64,000 nucleotides of DNA, from assembly GCF_009914755.1 (NCBI RefSeq), contig NC_060928.1; one strand, 5' to 3'. Positions within the stretch are counted from its first letter, which is position 1, and each line of letters opens with the position of its first letter. The stretch is from the human T2T-CHM13v2.0 reference genome, Homo sapiens. A program made the position numbers and the translations under genes. Below are positions 14,522 to 26,669 of the stretch, one piece after another. Below the pieces are notes generated by a model. That model was given only the letters and a program-made list of their open reading frames with translations. It did not search any database and was not told where the DNA came from.

Positions 14522-14690
14522 CCTCTTTGTATAATACTCACACTTGATCCATGCACACTTAACCTCCTTGTAAAATGTGTTTCTTCTTGTCTTGAGGCCA
14601 TCAAACTCCCAGCAGTCATGCAACGGGAGCCTCAGATGATGGCTCCTTTCTTACCAGGGACCCTTAGATAGGCCTCTGAGAGAGATCTGA
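14522..14690 (+). pseudogene. ERV1 env C-terminal remnant (end of TM and cytoplasmic tail)
   Basis: PLCIILTLDPCTLNLLVKCVSSCLEAIKL resembles the gamma-type env tail motif GPCI.NLLV.FVSSR.EA.KL and lies just upstream of the PPT. Confidence 0.7.
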
Positions 14691-14794
14691 CTGCTGTTTT
14701 CCCCAGAAAAATGCCCCCTATCATATGAAGCAGTTAAGAGTAGTCATTGTCCCTATCCTAATGGCAGTTAGATGTACCTCTTCAGAGGGGGGAC

Positions 14795-16422
14795 TGATGG
14801 CAGTGGTGGCCTGTCTGGAGAAGCGGTTGCAAAGAAGCTGGCTGTAGTGGAGGAGGCATGGCCTGGGCTGTGTGCTCCATGAAATGAGCATGAGCCAGGA
14901 CAAGGTAGAAGCCTCACCACCCCCCTTCCAAGTTGGCAGGGGAGGAGCCCCACCCTCTTAAGTGCAGCTGCAGACAACCAGCCACAGCTGAGGAACCAAG
15001 CATTCTTGTGCTCTCAGGGGCCTGAGAAGCCCCCTGCCCCTGTAGGCTCAGAAGGGCCTGTTACCACTGCCTGGCCTCTCCCTGCTCCTGGTGCCCACTC
15101 TGATTTTGGAGCAAAGTTGAGGATGACCCTGGGTGCTGTTGTGACCCAGGCAGATGTGTGCACACTTGGGGTGGTGCTGACACAGCAGTCCCCTGTCACC
15201 TTGGCTCCCTCTGGACTTTGGGCACCAAAGAGCACAGGAGAGAGTTGAGGGAAATCTGAGAGTGGCTCAGCATGGGCCTGCAGGAACCCCTCAGCATGAA
15301 CAGCCTGGGTGCTGTGGACAGCATATTGATGGTGGCAGGAGGCAGACAGGATCCTGGACAGAAGACAGTGGCTCCCCAGTGAAGCCTCACCTTCAAGCCA
15401 GGGATGGCCTGAAGCCTGGGGGCTAAGCTTTCACTTCTGTGATCCAGAGTGAGAAGTTATGGTGCTTTCTCTCACCTGCCTATGGCTGCCCATAGTCCAC
15501 TCAACACACACTTTCTTCCTTTGGAAGCCCATAAAAACCCTGGACTCAGCCAGACTGGGGAGACAACAGGACTTCCTGCCTGCAAATAGGAGCTACCCAC
15601 TCTGGGTCTATTCTCCACTAAGGGCTTCAGATATTGGGACAACATGCCTGCAGATAGGAGCTACACACTCTGGGTCTCCTCTCCTGAGAGCTGCACTCAC
15701 TGGGATGATCTACCTGCAGAAAGGAGCTACCCACTTTGGGTCTCCTTAAAGCTATACTGTTACTCAATAAAGCACCCCTTAACCTTGCTCATTCTACAGT
15801 TGTCCATGTACCTCATTCTTCCTGAGCATGAGATAAGAACTTCTGACACTGAGTGGTGAGAGTGGAAGAGCTGTAACAAACAGGGCTAAAACACGCCTCT
15901 CAACTACACTCACCATATTGCTGGCAATGAGAAGGAGAGAAGAGTGGCAACCCTTTGGGGAGCCCAGACCTATGGGTGCTCCGAGTCAGGAATGTGACAC
16001 CCTCTTTGGGGCTTTGCAGTTTCTGGCATTTCCAAGTTTCCAGGCATCACCACATTCCCCTCATCCAGACATGGTGCCCACAGTGAAAGCTACTTGCAAT
16101 GCATCTGATTCAGCTGCAGCTGGCACTAATTAAGTACTTGTGCTGGTATCAGGAGCAACCCACCCCTCCACAGCAGGAAGCGTGCCAGGCTGTGTGCTCA
16201 GTGGCCAGACCCTGTGCTCACTCACTCATGCACCCCTCACTGCTCCATGCCTGGCTTGCCCTTTGCAATTGTGGGATTCAGGCTGGTAACACAAGATGAG
16301 TGCAGCCTGCCAGGGCGAGTGGGCAGAACGAGCCTAACAGGCCTGAGCAAAACTCAGGCAAAGGTGCCCCTGGCCACAGAGGCTTCTGCCTGGAAAAGCA
16401 ACACCCTAAGAATCCTGTGACA
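14795..16422 (+). mobile_element. Full-length MER52 3' LTR (~1.6 kb)
   Basis: TG...CA termini, TATA-like cccataaaaaccc near 15530, three ~68-bp tandem units (cctgcagataggagctacccactctgggtctc-like) at ~15572-15747, and AATAAA at 15766-15771. Confidence 0.88.
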
Positions 16423-17920
16423 AAATCATACATAAGGCCAAGCAGCATAACAGAATTATTCTTCCTCTTCAGAAGATATTTTTGGCTTTTTTGTTTCCTG
16501 TTTTTAAAATTAACAAAAAGTTTTAAGTGTTTTGTTTATATGCAAGAACATGTGCAAACAAGGGTGGAAAAGTACATGTGTGCAATGTCTATGTTTTTAC
16601 TTCTAATTGTGTATGTGGACTTAATTTAATACAAAAAGTGAAGCTCTGCATGCTTGAAATTTAATTAAATTCAGGATCACATAATAAATCAGTGATCAGA
16701 AACATAGTATTAAAAAATATTCTTTAATCCCATAATGAAGGTTGTATTGAGAAAGGTTCCAAAAAGAGATTGCTTCTATAAACTAAAAGATGTTTTCCTT
16801 TGTATGTCTATACCACTAAATCTTGTTACTTTAAGCTTTTCATCAGCCTCTGAACTATTCAGTAGTTAATTTTCAGAATTTACACTGTCTGAAATAAGGA
16901 CACAGATAAATAAAAAAGTCAATTTTATATCAATAATCATATTTAAAGTATTAAAAAGAGGAAAAAATAAAGTGAAAAACTTTCTCAAACATTTAACTGG
17001 AAAACAGTGAAAATATTCATTGGTGAAAGACTGGTCAATTAAACATTTACAAATCTGTAAAACAGTAAATATAAGAGATAAACTCTACAAAATTAGGACA
17101 AAAGAAAGTTATCAATGCCCAATGTCATTAGTGATAAAAGAGACAGATTAAAGGGCAATTTCAATATGCTGTGCATATAAAGAGGCTTAATTTATTTCCA
17201 TCCTAAGATGATTAGCTCATAGTTTGTGGAAGGCATATCAATTGTTTTATAATCCTGTAAGAAACATTTAAAGGTTAATGGGAAACAGTGAAGAGAGTCT
17301 GAACCCTGCAGAAAATACCCCATAGATTACTTAACACATTTAAAAAGGAAGATCACCCACATTCTAAAATTGTCAAGAATTCTAACATGTTATACTTCTT
17401 TGCCATTTTGTTAAATAGGATTTTTCCTTCAAGATGGATACTTTACATTATTTTAAATTGTGTCTAGGTAGGAAGATTCCAAAAGATTTCTGCATAATCA
17501 ATTTAAGCCTGAAAAGATTAAAAAGTCTCTATATTTGATTTATTTTTCATCCTTGAGCATATTTTAGAATTTTAAAAGTTAACCTTTTTTATTTGAAATA
17601 GATCAGTTTCACAATACCCAGTGTGTCATCATTTGCACTTTTTTTGTCTAAATAAAAATACAAATTTTCAGTGAATATGGATCTTCAAGATATATTTCCT
17701 CTTAGACCCAAATCATAAAATAAATTGCCAATGAATATTACATGCAAGTGATGTTAATATTTTGCAATGTATCAAAATAAAATTAACTTATTTAACCAAT
17801 GATGAGTCTAATTATTTTTACTTAAATGATATGTTACCTAGGAGCAAATATCTGGGTTATCATATCATATTCCAGATATTAGAAAGTAATAAGGGTAATT
17901 TCAAAGTGAGATGGTAGTCA

Positions 17921-17973
17921 TGTGTGTGTGTGTGTGCATGTGTGTGTGTGAGAGAGAGAGAGAAAGAAAAAAA
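17921..17973. repeat. Compound (TG)n(AG)n microsatellite
   Basis: Directly visible. Confidence 0.9.
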
Positions 17974-18777
17974 ATCAATCATGTTTTAGCACAGAGAGAT
18001 GGGAGCAACATATATAATCCTATATTTTTACATCTTTCCTAGGACAAGCTTTTTAAAATAATTTGCTATTACTCAAATATAGTTTCCCAAATTTATGTTA
18101 GGTTTTGGCCACATTTCTTCATTTAGTTTTCCATTTATTTAACAAATCTTTACTGAGTTAATTCAGGACAATCTAGGTACTGCAGGGTGAGTTATATTTA
18201 ATGGGTCCAAATAAAAATTACAAAGTTTATTGCATTAAGTGAGATAGAAAAAGTCTTTCAAGAATCATATCATTTAGCTTTTAGTTATATTTATATAATA
18301 AAATATAAAGTAGTTTGTCCATGAAGAGTACAATACAATGGCCAAAGATGTTTCTATCACATGACAAATGTCCCCCGAAATTCAAGAAAATACATCCAAC
18401 AAATAAAGTAATTAAAATTTAATGCAAAAAGTTGGTTTCTAAAAAACTATAAGCCTCAGATTCGTTTTTGGCGAAATGTGCTGTCTTTTCAACTGCAAAT
18501 TCCTAGTGTCAGCATCTTAAACTATGTTGTGAAATTAAATTGGATTAGGAAAGAATTTTAATATGAATGAACAATGTACTAATTGCTAAGATGTTGCTGT
18601 TTTTAAAAGTAATTACACTTTCATTAGACAAAATGTTCAAAAATTTTTTTACCAAGCTTTGGATTTGGCAGAAAATTAAGCTATGTGTTTTGGGTACATA
18701 CCTGATTCTAGTACAAATGAGACATTATACTAAAATTTCATTGTTCTTGAACAGCAATTTCAGGTATATATAGAATT

Positions 18778-18782
18778 TGTGT

Positions 18783-18830
<48 letters not shown>
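18778..18830. repeat. Compound (TG)n(AG)n microsatellite
   Basis: Directly visible; it abuts the MaLR LTR. Confidence 0.9.
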
Positions 18831-18832
18831 TA

Positions 18833-19199
18833 AAGATGGTTAGGCTTTGTGTCCCCACCCAAATCTCATCTTGCATTATAATCCCCATAATCCCCACATG
18901 TCAAGGGAGAGACCAGGTGGAGGTAATTGGATCATGCGAGCGGTTTTCCACATGCTGTTCTCATGATAGTAAGATTGTTCTCAGGAGATCTAATGGTTTT
19001 TTAAGGGACTCTTCCCCCTTGGTTCCTCCCCTTTCAGCACTTCTCCTTCCTGTTGCCTTGTGAACAGGTGTCTTCCTCCATGATTATGAGTTTCCTGAGA
19101 CCACCCCCTCCATGTGGAACTATGACTCAATTAAACCACTTTTCTTTATAAATTACCCAGTCTTGAACAGTTCTTCATAGCAGTGTGAGAACCGATACA
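18833..19199 (+). mobile_element. MaLR solo LTR (THE1D/MSTA type)
   Basis: atggttaggctttgtgtccccacccaaatctcatcttg...caattaaaccacttttctttataaattacccagtc...gcagtgtgagaaccgataca. Confidence 0.9.
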
Positions 19200-20465
19200 A
19201 AGTGTATGGGTGACTTTGTAGGAATGTGCGCACGTATGCACTAAAATGATACTATCCTTCGGTTACCAAATAGTAAGTAGATTGAAAGTTCTTTCAAACA
19301 TTTTATCTAATGTGAAAGATGCCACATAAGGGTAAGTAAGAATCCATAGTAAAATGTCACCAGTAAATTCACTGTGCTAAGTCTACACCAACATATTTCT
19401 TATATTTGATGTGTATTCCTTAATAAATTTTCAAAAACACAGATTTATTGGATTCTAGACCTTGGTTCTTTTTTTTCCATTTTTATTCATTTCTCCTAAG
19501 TGCACACACAACAAATACAGAATCTTCTTATAACCTCCATGGCTATAAATATAACTAATGTTTATTTAATTTATTAGAAAGGAAATCACTAACTCTTATC
19601 TCAGTCAGAAGTAAAGAAATGGCATTACAAACCAGCTCCACAAAGTCATCATCTATACTTTGGGGTAGAAAAGACACATTGTCACATGGTAGTTTTCCTA
19701 GTAGTTACAGTTCTTGCAACTTGATTATACTATTGGATCAAAATCTGACAAGACCGATGAAATCAGCTTATCTTCCAGAAAGCAGGGATATAGGTTGTGC
19801 ATTCTCCCCAGGTGACTTCAGAGAGATGAAATCAGTGGGGCACTAGATAGCTATCCCCCTGGCTGGGATGGGCTTAATTGTCCTCAACAGAACACAAACT
19901 GTCCCCTAGGCTAGAAATTCTAAAAACGCGTAAATGCTAATCTAACATTAAAAGTAAGCAATGAATTACTGCATATATTCTTAAGAAAACTTCAAACACT
20001 CAAATAAATAAGGACCAGAAGTAATAGAATTTTCATATACAATGAGGAAATGTTCAAAATAATTTGCAATATTTTATAAAAATAAACTGTTACTTCTGTA
20101 ATTTAAGGATATAATCAAAAATCTTTTCAGAGCACAATATGCAGTACATTGAAAAGTGCCCAATTCTGTATATTTATGAGTCGAATAGGTGCTGAAGAGT
20201 CAACAGTAAATGAGTAGAACGGTAACAAAATCAATATGAACATTGATTTCCTGTCTTTTTTTTTGGACCTTATGGTACATTTTCACTTTTTTTTGCTCAG
20301 AAATAAATATTTCCATGAAGACTTTCATTAAGTTTTCTATAATGATCTAACACCAAAATATATTTTCAAATGGACAGCTCCCATTACTAAATATTCCTTC
20401 TAATAATGGCCTGGATTTTAAAAATACGTGAAACTATGTTTATTGTAGGAAAACAGCATACTCTT

Positions 20466-20540
20466 GTTTTATATAGTTTATTTTGTTTTATTTAGTTTAT
20501 TTTGTTTTATTCTACTTTATTGCATTTTATTTTATTTTTA
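20466..20540. repeat. Degenerate (TTTTA/TTTTG)n low-complexity tract
   Basis: Directly visible. Confidence 0.8.
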
Positions 20541-21259
20541 AGGAGGTTGATTATGCTCAGCTTAATATCAGAAAGCACCTAGAATAGCTATTGTTAAGAC
20601 TTTATCTCTTTTTGGTATAAAATGAAAAATGTAGATATGTAATATATTATATATTCATGTATCTATTTAGATAATATTTAATACAATTCACTTCAAATCA
20701 GTATATATCATGATTGAAGTATTCAGGTTGAAATCACTTAGAAGCTGAAAATAAAAGTGGTCAGTGAAAATGTTTGGTCATTTTCCAAGTAGCTTGTTTG
20801 CCATAATTTCTGCTTTGTATACACCACCCTGTTAGGATAGAATGCTGACTAAATAGAATTATTTCTTATTCCTCAAAAATATACTTGGTACAGAGATAGC
20901 TTTTCCCAAATGCTAATTAAACTTGAAGCAGGCAACCATATACAATTTTGAGAGATAAAAAATTTTCAGATTAAAAAATATGTGTCATATAAAGAGATAT
21001 AGCTATATTAACCGAATAAACAATAACACATCAATACAGCTCTTGTGAAGAGAGCATACCTAAAAAGAGAAATTGTGGGCTTAAAAAATATCAATAATAT
21101 GAACAAGATAAGGCTCAGGAATTGCATCATGTATTGAGATTATCTGCTGATATATTGCTTGCCTGATTTGTTTTGGGATGTGCTCAACAGCCAAATGGTC
21201 AGATCAAGGTGAGGAAGAGATCAGCTGCAGAACTTCAGAATCACAGCTTCCTCTCTTAC

Positions 21260-21365
21260 CTTCCACTGAGGAGGACGCCGATAACCACTGCCAACAAAAT
21301 GACTCCCACTGTCACAGACACAGCAATTACAGGAATCTGGCTTTGATCGCTGGATGCTGCAACTG
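21260..21365 (-). CDS. EPHA5: EPHA5 transmembrane exon (probably exon 8), 103 or 106 bp depending on NAGNAG acceptor, phase 1 to 2
   Basis: tctcctatCAG CAG|TT GCA GCA TCC...CTC AGT GGA AG|gtaagag. Encodes (F or SV)[33 protein letters not shown], a single hydrophobic TM helix in frame with the preceding exon. Confidence 0.96.
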
Positions 21366-23199
21366 CTGATAGGAGATACAGAAAATGGAGCTTGTGGTTA
21401 AAGTGATCACATGCATTCAAAATAAAAGTTGCTTAATAGACAGTAATCAATTCATGATTTAAGCAATTTACCCACACTTAGCTGAAATTTCCCCTAATAT
21501 CCTTTCTTAAAAGTGTGTAATTGAAAAGTCATCTATAATAGAAAATATTTACTTTCCAAATAGAGATTTGAGAGCATCACTAAGTCACTGATTATTTCCT
21601 TGTCATAATAAAAAATGAATGCATGTTGTTTGCATAGTATTCATCTAGGGGCCTTAGGTCTGTGAATTAAAATGGAACTCCTTTATTGACTTCAAACACC
21701 TTAATCTAAATAGGAGGTGCCAGGTATATAAGATTTGACATTTTTAGAGTTTGTATTCTGCTGTTCTCTAGAAAAGAATCTGATGAACCCAGATGGGATT
21801 TTTTTCCCCATAGACATTGGAGACATTGATGACCAAAATAATGTGACTATGACCTCATTGAAGTAAAATATAATATCACTATTCTGAATATTATTATAAA
21901 AATACAATGTAAAGCACAATATATTTCATAAATAAATTCACTTTTTGAAAAATATGAAGGTAAACATTTAGAAGTATAGAAAACTATCTTACGATTGGAT
22001 ACATTTACATCACCTACTCTTTATATACATAGATTTAGATGAAACATTTTAGATTTTAGCATAAAATTCCCATTATAAGAGGAATATGAACATGATTAGG
22101 TAGTTGTACTTAAATAAGCAAATAAATTTTATTTTTGTGCTGATAACTAATCTTGATTAAAATAAAACGCCTATAGGGCAAAATAAATTGTACTAATGTT
22201 CATGAGAATCTCTCCATAGAATATCTAGCATGCTTCTTGTTTAATGACATGATCAATTTGATAACTTCAAAGTAGCACTAGTTCAGCTTCATGGTATCAA
22301 ATATTGTCATAGAAATTAATAACAATCTGTGTTTTGTTTTTCACAACCCCATACCAGATGTTGGTCTACCAAGAGATTTGGATCTCCAAATACCTCCCTT
22401 TCTATTTTAGTCACATTGTTCTTGATTCTTTCTACCAAAACTAAGTGATTTGCTGAGGACCCTCTTGCACTGATCTACTTTCAAATATTCTAGACCAGTA
22501 GTTAGATCCCAATATTATTAACAGCTGTTTTGAGTAAAACTATTATTTTCAATATAAGTCAGTGCTCTTACCTTCTCTCTTTTTGCATAATATATACAAT
22601 AGTATTACCCTGTTTTCTCCTAGTCTCTGACGCTAAGGTCTATGGTAAGAAATTTAGTTATTGGCTACAGTATAAATGAGGTAGGAAAAAACTACCCCCA
22701 GAGTCGCTAGTACCCTTTCCCCAAGGTCTGCTTTATTAATCTCTAAACTCATATTATTTCTACCACTATTTTTTTTCTCTCTTTCTCCTTCTTTTTTTGG
22801 CAGAGGTCACTGTTTCTAGAGAAACCCATCCAGACTTCACTCAGAAACTCAATGTTACTTGAGTGAGCTGCAACTGCTGCTTGAATGCCTTAATTCTCTA
22901 ATTAATTTCCTAGTAAAATCATCCCCGTAATGAGACGTCTTCATTTGCTCCGTGTATTAATCCATTCCCACTTCCCACATTTGAGAAATGCTAAACTTTC
23001 AAAGATCTCCCTCTGGGAGAGGGTTTTGCTGCCTTATAAACTACTCTGCTGCTTACAAGCCTAAGCAGATATCACCTTTAGGGAGAAATAAATATTTATA
23101 TCTAAACTTACTAGGGTTAGTTCAATCCAAATTGGAAAATAGGTCCAGCATTTTAAAATTCTGTCTGAAATTTTTTATTCTTCTGCCTTTGAATTCCAC

Positions 23200-24120
23200 A
23201 GATGATATTTGCCACATGCAATGAGTGCTTCTCTATTTAACTTACCCTCCACCATTGTAAGGCGTTTGACTTAGCTAAACGTATACCTTAAACTTGAAAC
23301 TCTCCTCCTCTTGGTTTCTATGGCATCAGACAAGCTGTTTTACTCCGTCCCTCTCTATGAAGCACTGCTTTGTCAGTTCTGATGGCTTCATATTCTCTTC
23401 CCACAGCAATGTATGAATGATTCTTCATGAATGCTCACTCCTGACCCTTCTCACTTCTCTCCATTTCTTTCTGTATTTTTGTTTTTTATCCTCCCCTTCT
23501 TTCTCCCTCTTTCTGATACTTCTTCCTTCATGGTGTCAATTAACAACTCTCAGGGTGACAAATTTATATCTCCAACCCTTATTTCTCTCCAAAGAATCCT
23601 TTCATTTTTTTAGAACAAACTGTTTAGCCCTTTGTTTGGATTTTATTGTTACATAAAAATTAACATGTTTAAAATTGGCCCTTATACCACATCTACCCCC
23701 AAAGGCATTAACAAAAACATATATCAGCAAATAAACGTATCATTAATCAAACAAAAAAATCAAACTGGTTTGATCTCTTTCTGGTTTCTTTGAACTGTTA
23801 CTAAATCTTTCTTAACTTCTGCTTGTTCATTAATTATCAGATACTATTGTGTTTCTTTTATGTTTCTCCCCATACATCAATTATTTTTATCCATCACTCA
23901 CCTATTTGATTCAAATCTGTATAATGAAAATGGTGGAATATGGTTCATAGCATTTTAACTGTTCTCTCAGCCTTCTATGTACTCAAATTAAATATCTAAA
24001 ATATCATTTTTATGATGTTTCCCTGATCAAAAACTTTAGAGAGTCCTACTACCTTTGGAAGAAAATTCTCAAATGCTCAGTCTAGCATTCAGAAGCCCTT
24101 CTAATCTAAGTCTGATAATT
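23200..24120 (+). mobile_element. LINE-2 fragment(s), highly diverged
   Basis: Pyrimidine-rich L2-type wording (cttgaaactctcctcctcttggtttc; aatttatatctccaaccc; aaattctcaaatgctcagtctagcattcagaagcccttc). Boundaries are approximate. Confidence 0.5.
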
Positions 24121-24584
24121 ATTCCCACTCTTAATGTGCCAGTTTGGGAACTCTCACAGATACAGTTTTGGAGGAAGAGTCCACAATTACTCAGAAATAA
24201 GGGTAAAAACAGAGTAACTTCAGATTGGCCAAAGTATTAAATTTGAGAAAAAATATAACATTTTGGTAGTGTCAAATTCTTCATTTTTAGTAATTTCCAA
24301 GACCTAAATTAACAATGTGCTAAAGTAGTGCACCTCTGTGTAGAAAAATATATTGCATTAAAATAATTGCTAATGACATTCAAAAGACTGTTAAAATGCT
24401 AAGACATTTTATGAACATATTTTATAAGTAACATCAAATCGCAAACATTAATATTCTATGTGTTTATCTAATGTCCTCTGAAATCAGATCATTTTTGTAT
24501 AAAAAGCAATCAGAGCCTATTTTGTGAGGAAGAATTTAAAGAATATATTTTTGTTTATTATTTTAATTTAATTTATTTATATAA

Positions 24585-24920
<336 letters not shown>

Positions 24921-25365
24921 TAACTGTTTCACATGCATGAATTAATTTGTGAGCTATTTCTAATAAGAAATGATTCATCAAGATTTTTGAATTGTTTATT
25001 CTTTTGTTGGACCTGAGGGCATTAATGATATCATTAATTATATTAACTCAGGTGAAAATAAATAATTTACAGGGTACTGTCAATGCCTTCATGCTTGTTG
25101 GTTTGTTTAGGAGTGAGAAAAAAATATTTAGGTCAAGTAGGAGATATGGTAATCATGTTAGCATATTGTTAAAATTTTAATCTTTAAGATATATACCTTT
25201 AGTTATGCATGTTTCTTATTTTCTTATGTTTAAGAAAATTAGTTTATTAATGATGCTGTTTTGGAAAAACAGCTGGGAAATATCATGGGAACACTTAAAA
25301 GAAAATATTGAAGCAATGTAACACATTATGGTGAAAGGTCATCAATTATAAAAATTAACATTCTG

Positions 25366-26259
25366 ACAAATTTACAAGAAAAAAACAAACAACCCCATTA
25401 AAAAGTGGGCGAAGGACATGAACAGACACTTCTCAAAAGAAGACTTTTATGCAGCCAAAAAACACATGAAAAAATGCTCACCATCACTGGCCATCAGAGA
25501 AATGCAAATCAAAACCACAATGAGATACCATCTCACAGCAGTTAGAATGGTGATCATTAAAAAGTCAGGAAACAACAGGTGCTGGAGAGGATGTGGAGAA
25601 ATAGGAACACTTTTACACTGTTGGGGGGACTGTAAACTAGTTCAACCATTGTGGAAGTCAGTGTGGCGATTCCTCAGGGATCTAGAACTAGAAATACCAT
25701 TTGACCCAGCCATCCCATTACTGGGTATATACCCAAAGGACTATAAATCATGCTGCTATAAAGACACATGCACACATATGTTTATTAAGGCATTATTAAC
25801 AATAGCAAAGACTTGAACCAACCCAAATGTCCAACAATGATAGACTGGATTAAGAAAATGTGGCACATATACACCATGGAATACTATGCAGCCATAAAAA
25901 AAGGATGAGTTCATGTCCTTTTTAGGGACATGGATGAAATTGGAAATCATCATTCTCAGTAAACTATCACAAGAACAAAAAACCAAACACCGCATATTCT
26001 CACTCATAGGTGGGAATTGAACAATGAGAACACATGGACACAGGAAGGGGAACATCACACTCTAGGGACTGTTGTGGGGTGGGGGGAGGGGGGAGGGATA
26101 GCACTGGGAGATATACCTAATGCTAGATGACGAGTTAGTGGGTGCAGCGCACCAGCATGGCACATGTATACATATGTAACTAACCTGCACATTGTGCACA
26201 TGTACCCTAAAACTTAAGGTATAATAATAAAAAATAAATAAATAAATAAATAAATAAAA
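25366..26259 (+). mobile_element. 5'-truncated L1PA2-type element: ORF2 C-terminus, 3'UTR and (TAAA)n tail
   Basis: ORF 25418..25816 is L1 ORF2p C-terminus ending at a premature stop. The 3'UTR reads gctagatgacGAGttagtgggtgcagcgcacc, with GAG rather than the Ta-diagnostic ACA. Confidence 0.95.
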
Positions 26260-26669
26260 GAGCTTTGTAAGCCGGAAAAAAGGTAATATTCTTTAGTAAA
26301 TAATAATGTTTCTTAAAAAAATCATTATACATTTGCATCATGCCTGGAAATTTTAAGGCAGCATATACTGAGAAGTCACATTTTTAACTTCACTTTGCTT
26401 CCCACACTCCTGGTTGTAGACCCATATTATGTGGATATTCTCTAGACTTTATTGCCTCAGCTATATGTGTGAAGAGTTCATCACTGAAGGTTAAAATAAT
26501 TGCAAGAGCCAGATTATAAGGCTACAGGTCAGAGTAAGAATTTGGGATCCTTCTCTCACAGCAATAGGTATCTATAAACTTTCTTAATCAGGGTAACTTA
26601 ATCAAAGGCATAATTTTTAATAAGTAATGTAAGTATGTAGAATCAGTGGAAACATTAAAAACAGTATGG

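Larger units (their letters stand above)
12741..16422 (+). mobile_element. Internally deleted MER52 (ERV1) provirus: partial 5' LTR, gag, pro, env remnant, PPT, full 3' LTR; antisense to EPHA5
   Basis: Two homologous LTR starts (g/tgatggcagtggtggc at 12741 and 14795), a 3' end ...cctgtgaca at 16422, TSD aaat at 12737-12740 and 16423-16426, and a polypurine tract agagggggga at 14784-14793. Confidence 0.88.

Noticed and set aside
15572-15747. Three ~68-bp units as a CRISPR-like or novel array
   Set aside because: They are tandem repeats without unique spacers, inside the MER52 LTR, where such internal repeats are expected.
14721-16629. Cluster of 60-109 aa ORFs on both strands
   Set aside because: All lie in or start in the GC-rich MER52 LTR, where stop codons are scarce, and none has a recognisable domain.
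7791-19199. Two THE1/MST LTRs as the ends of one provirus
   Set aside because: They are in opposite orientation, 11 kb apart, with no MaLR internal sequence between them, so they are independent solo LTRs.
21178-21369. 63-aa plus-strand ORF
   Set aside because: It is the antisense shadow of the EPHA5 TM exon.
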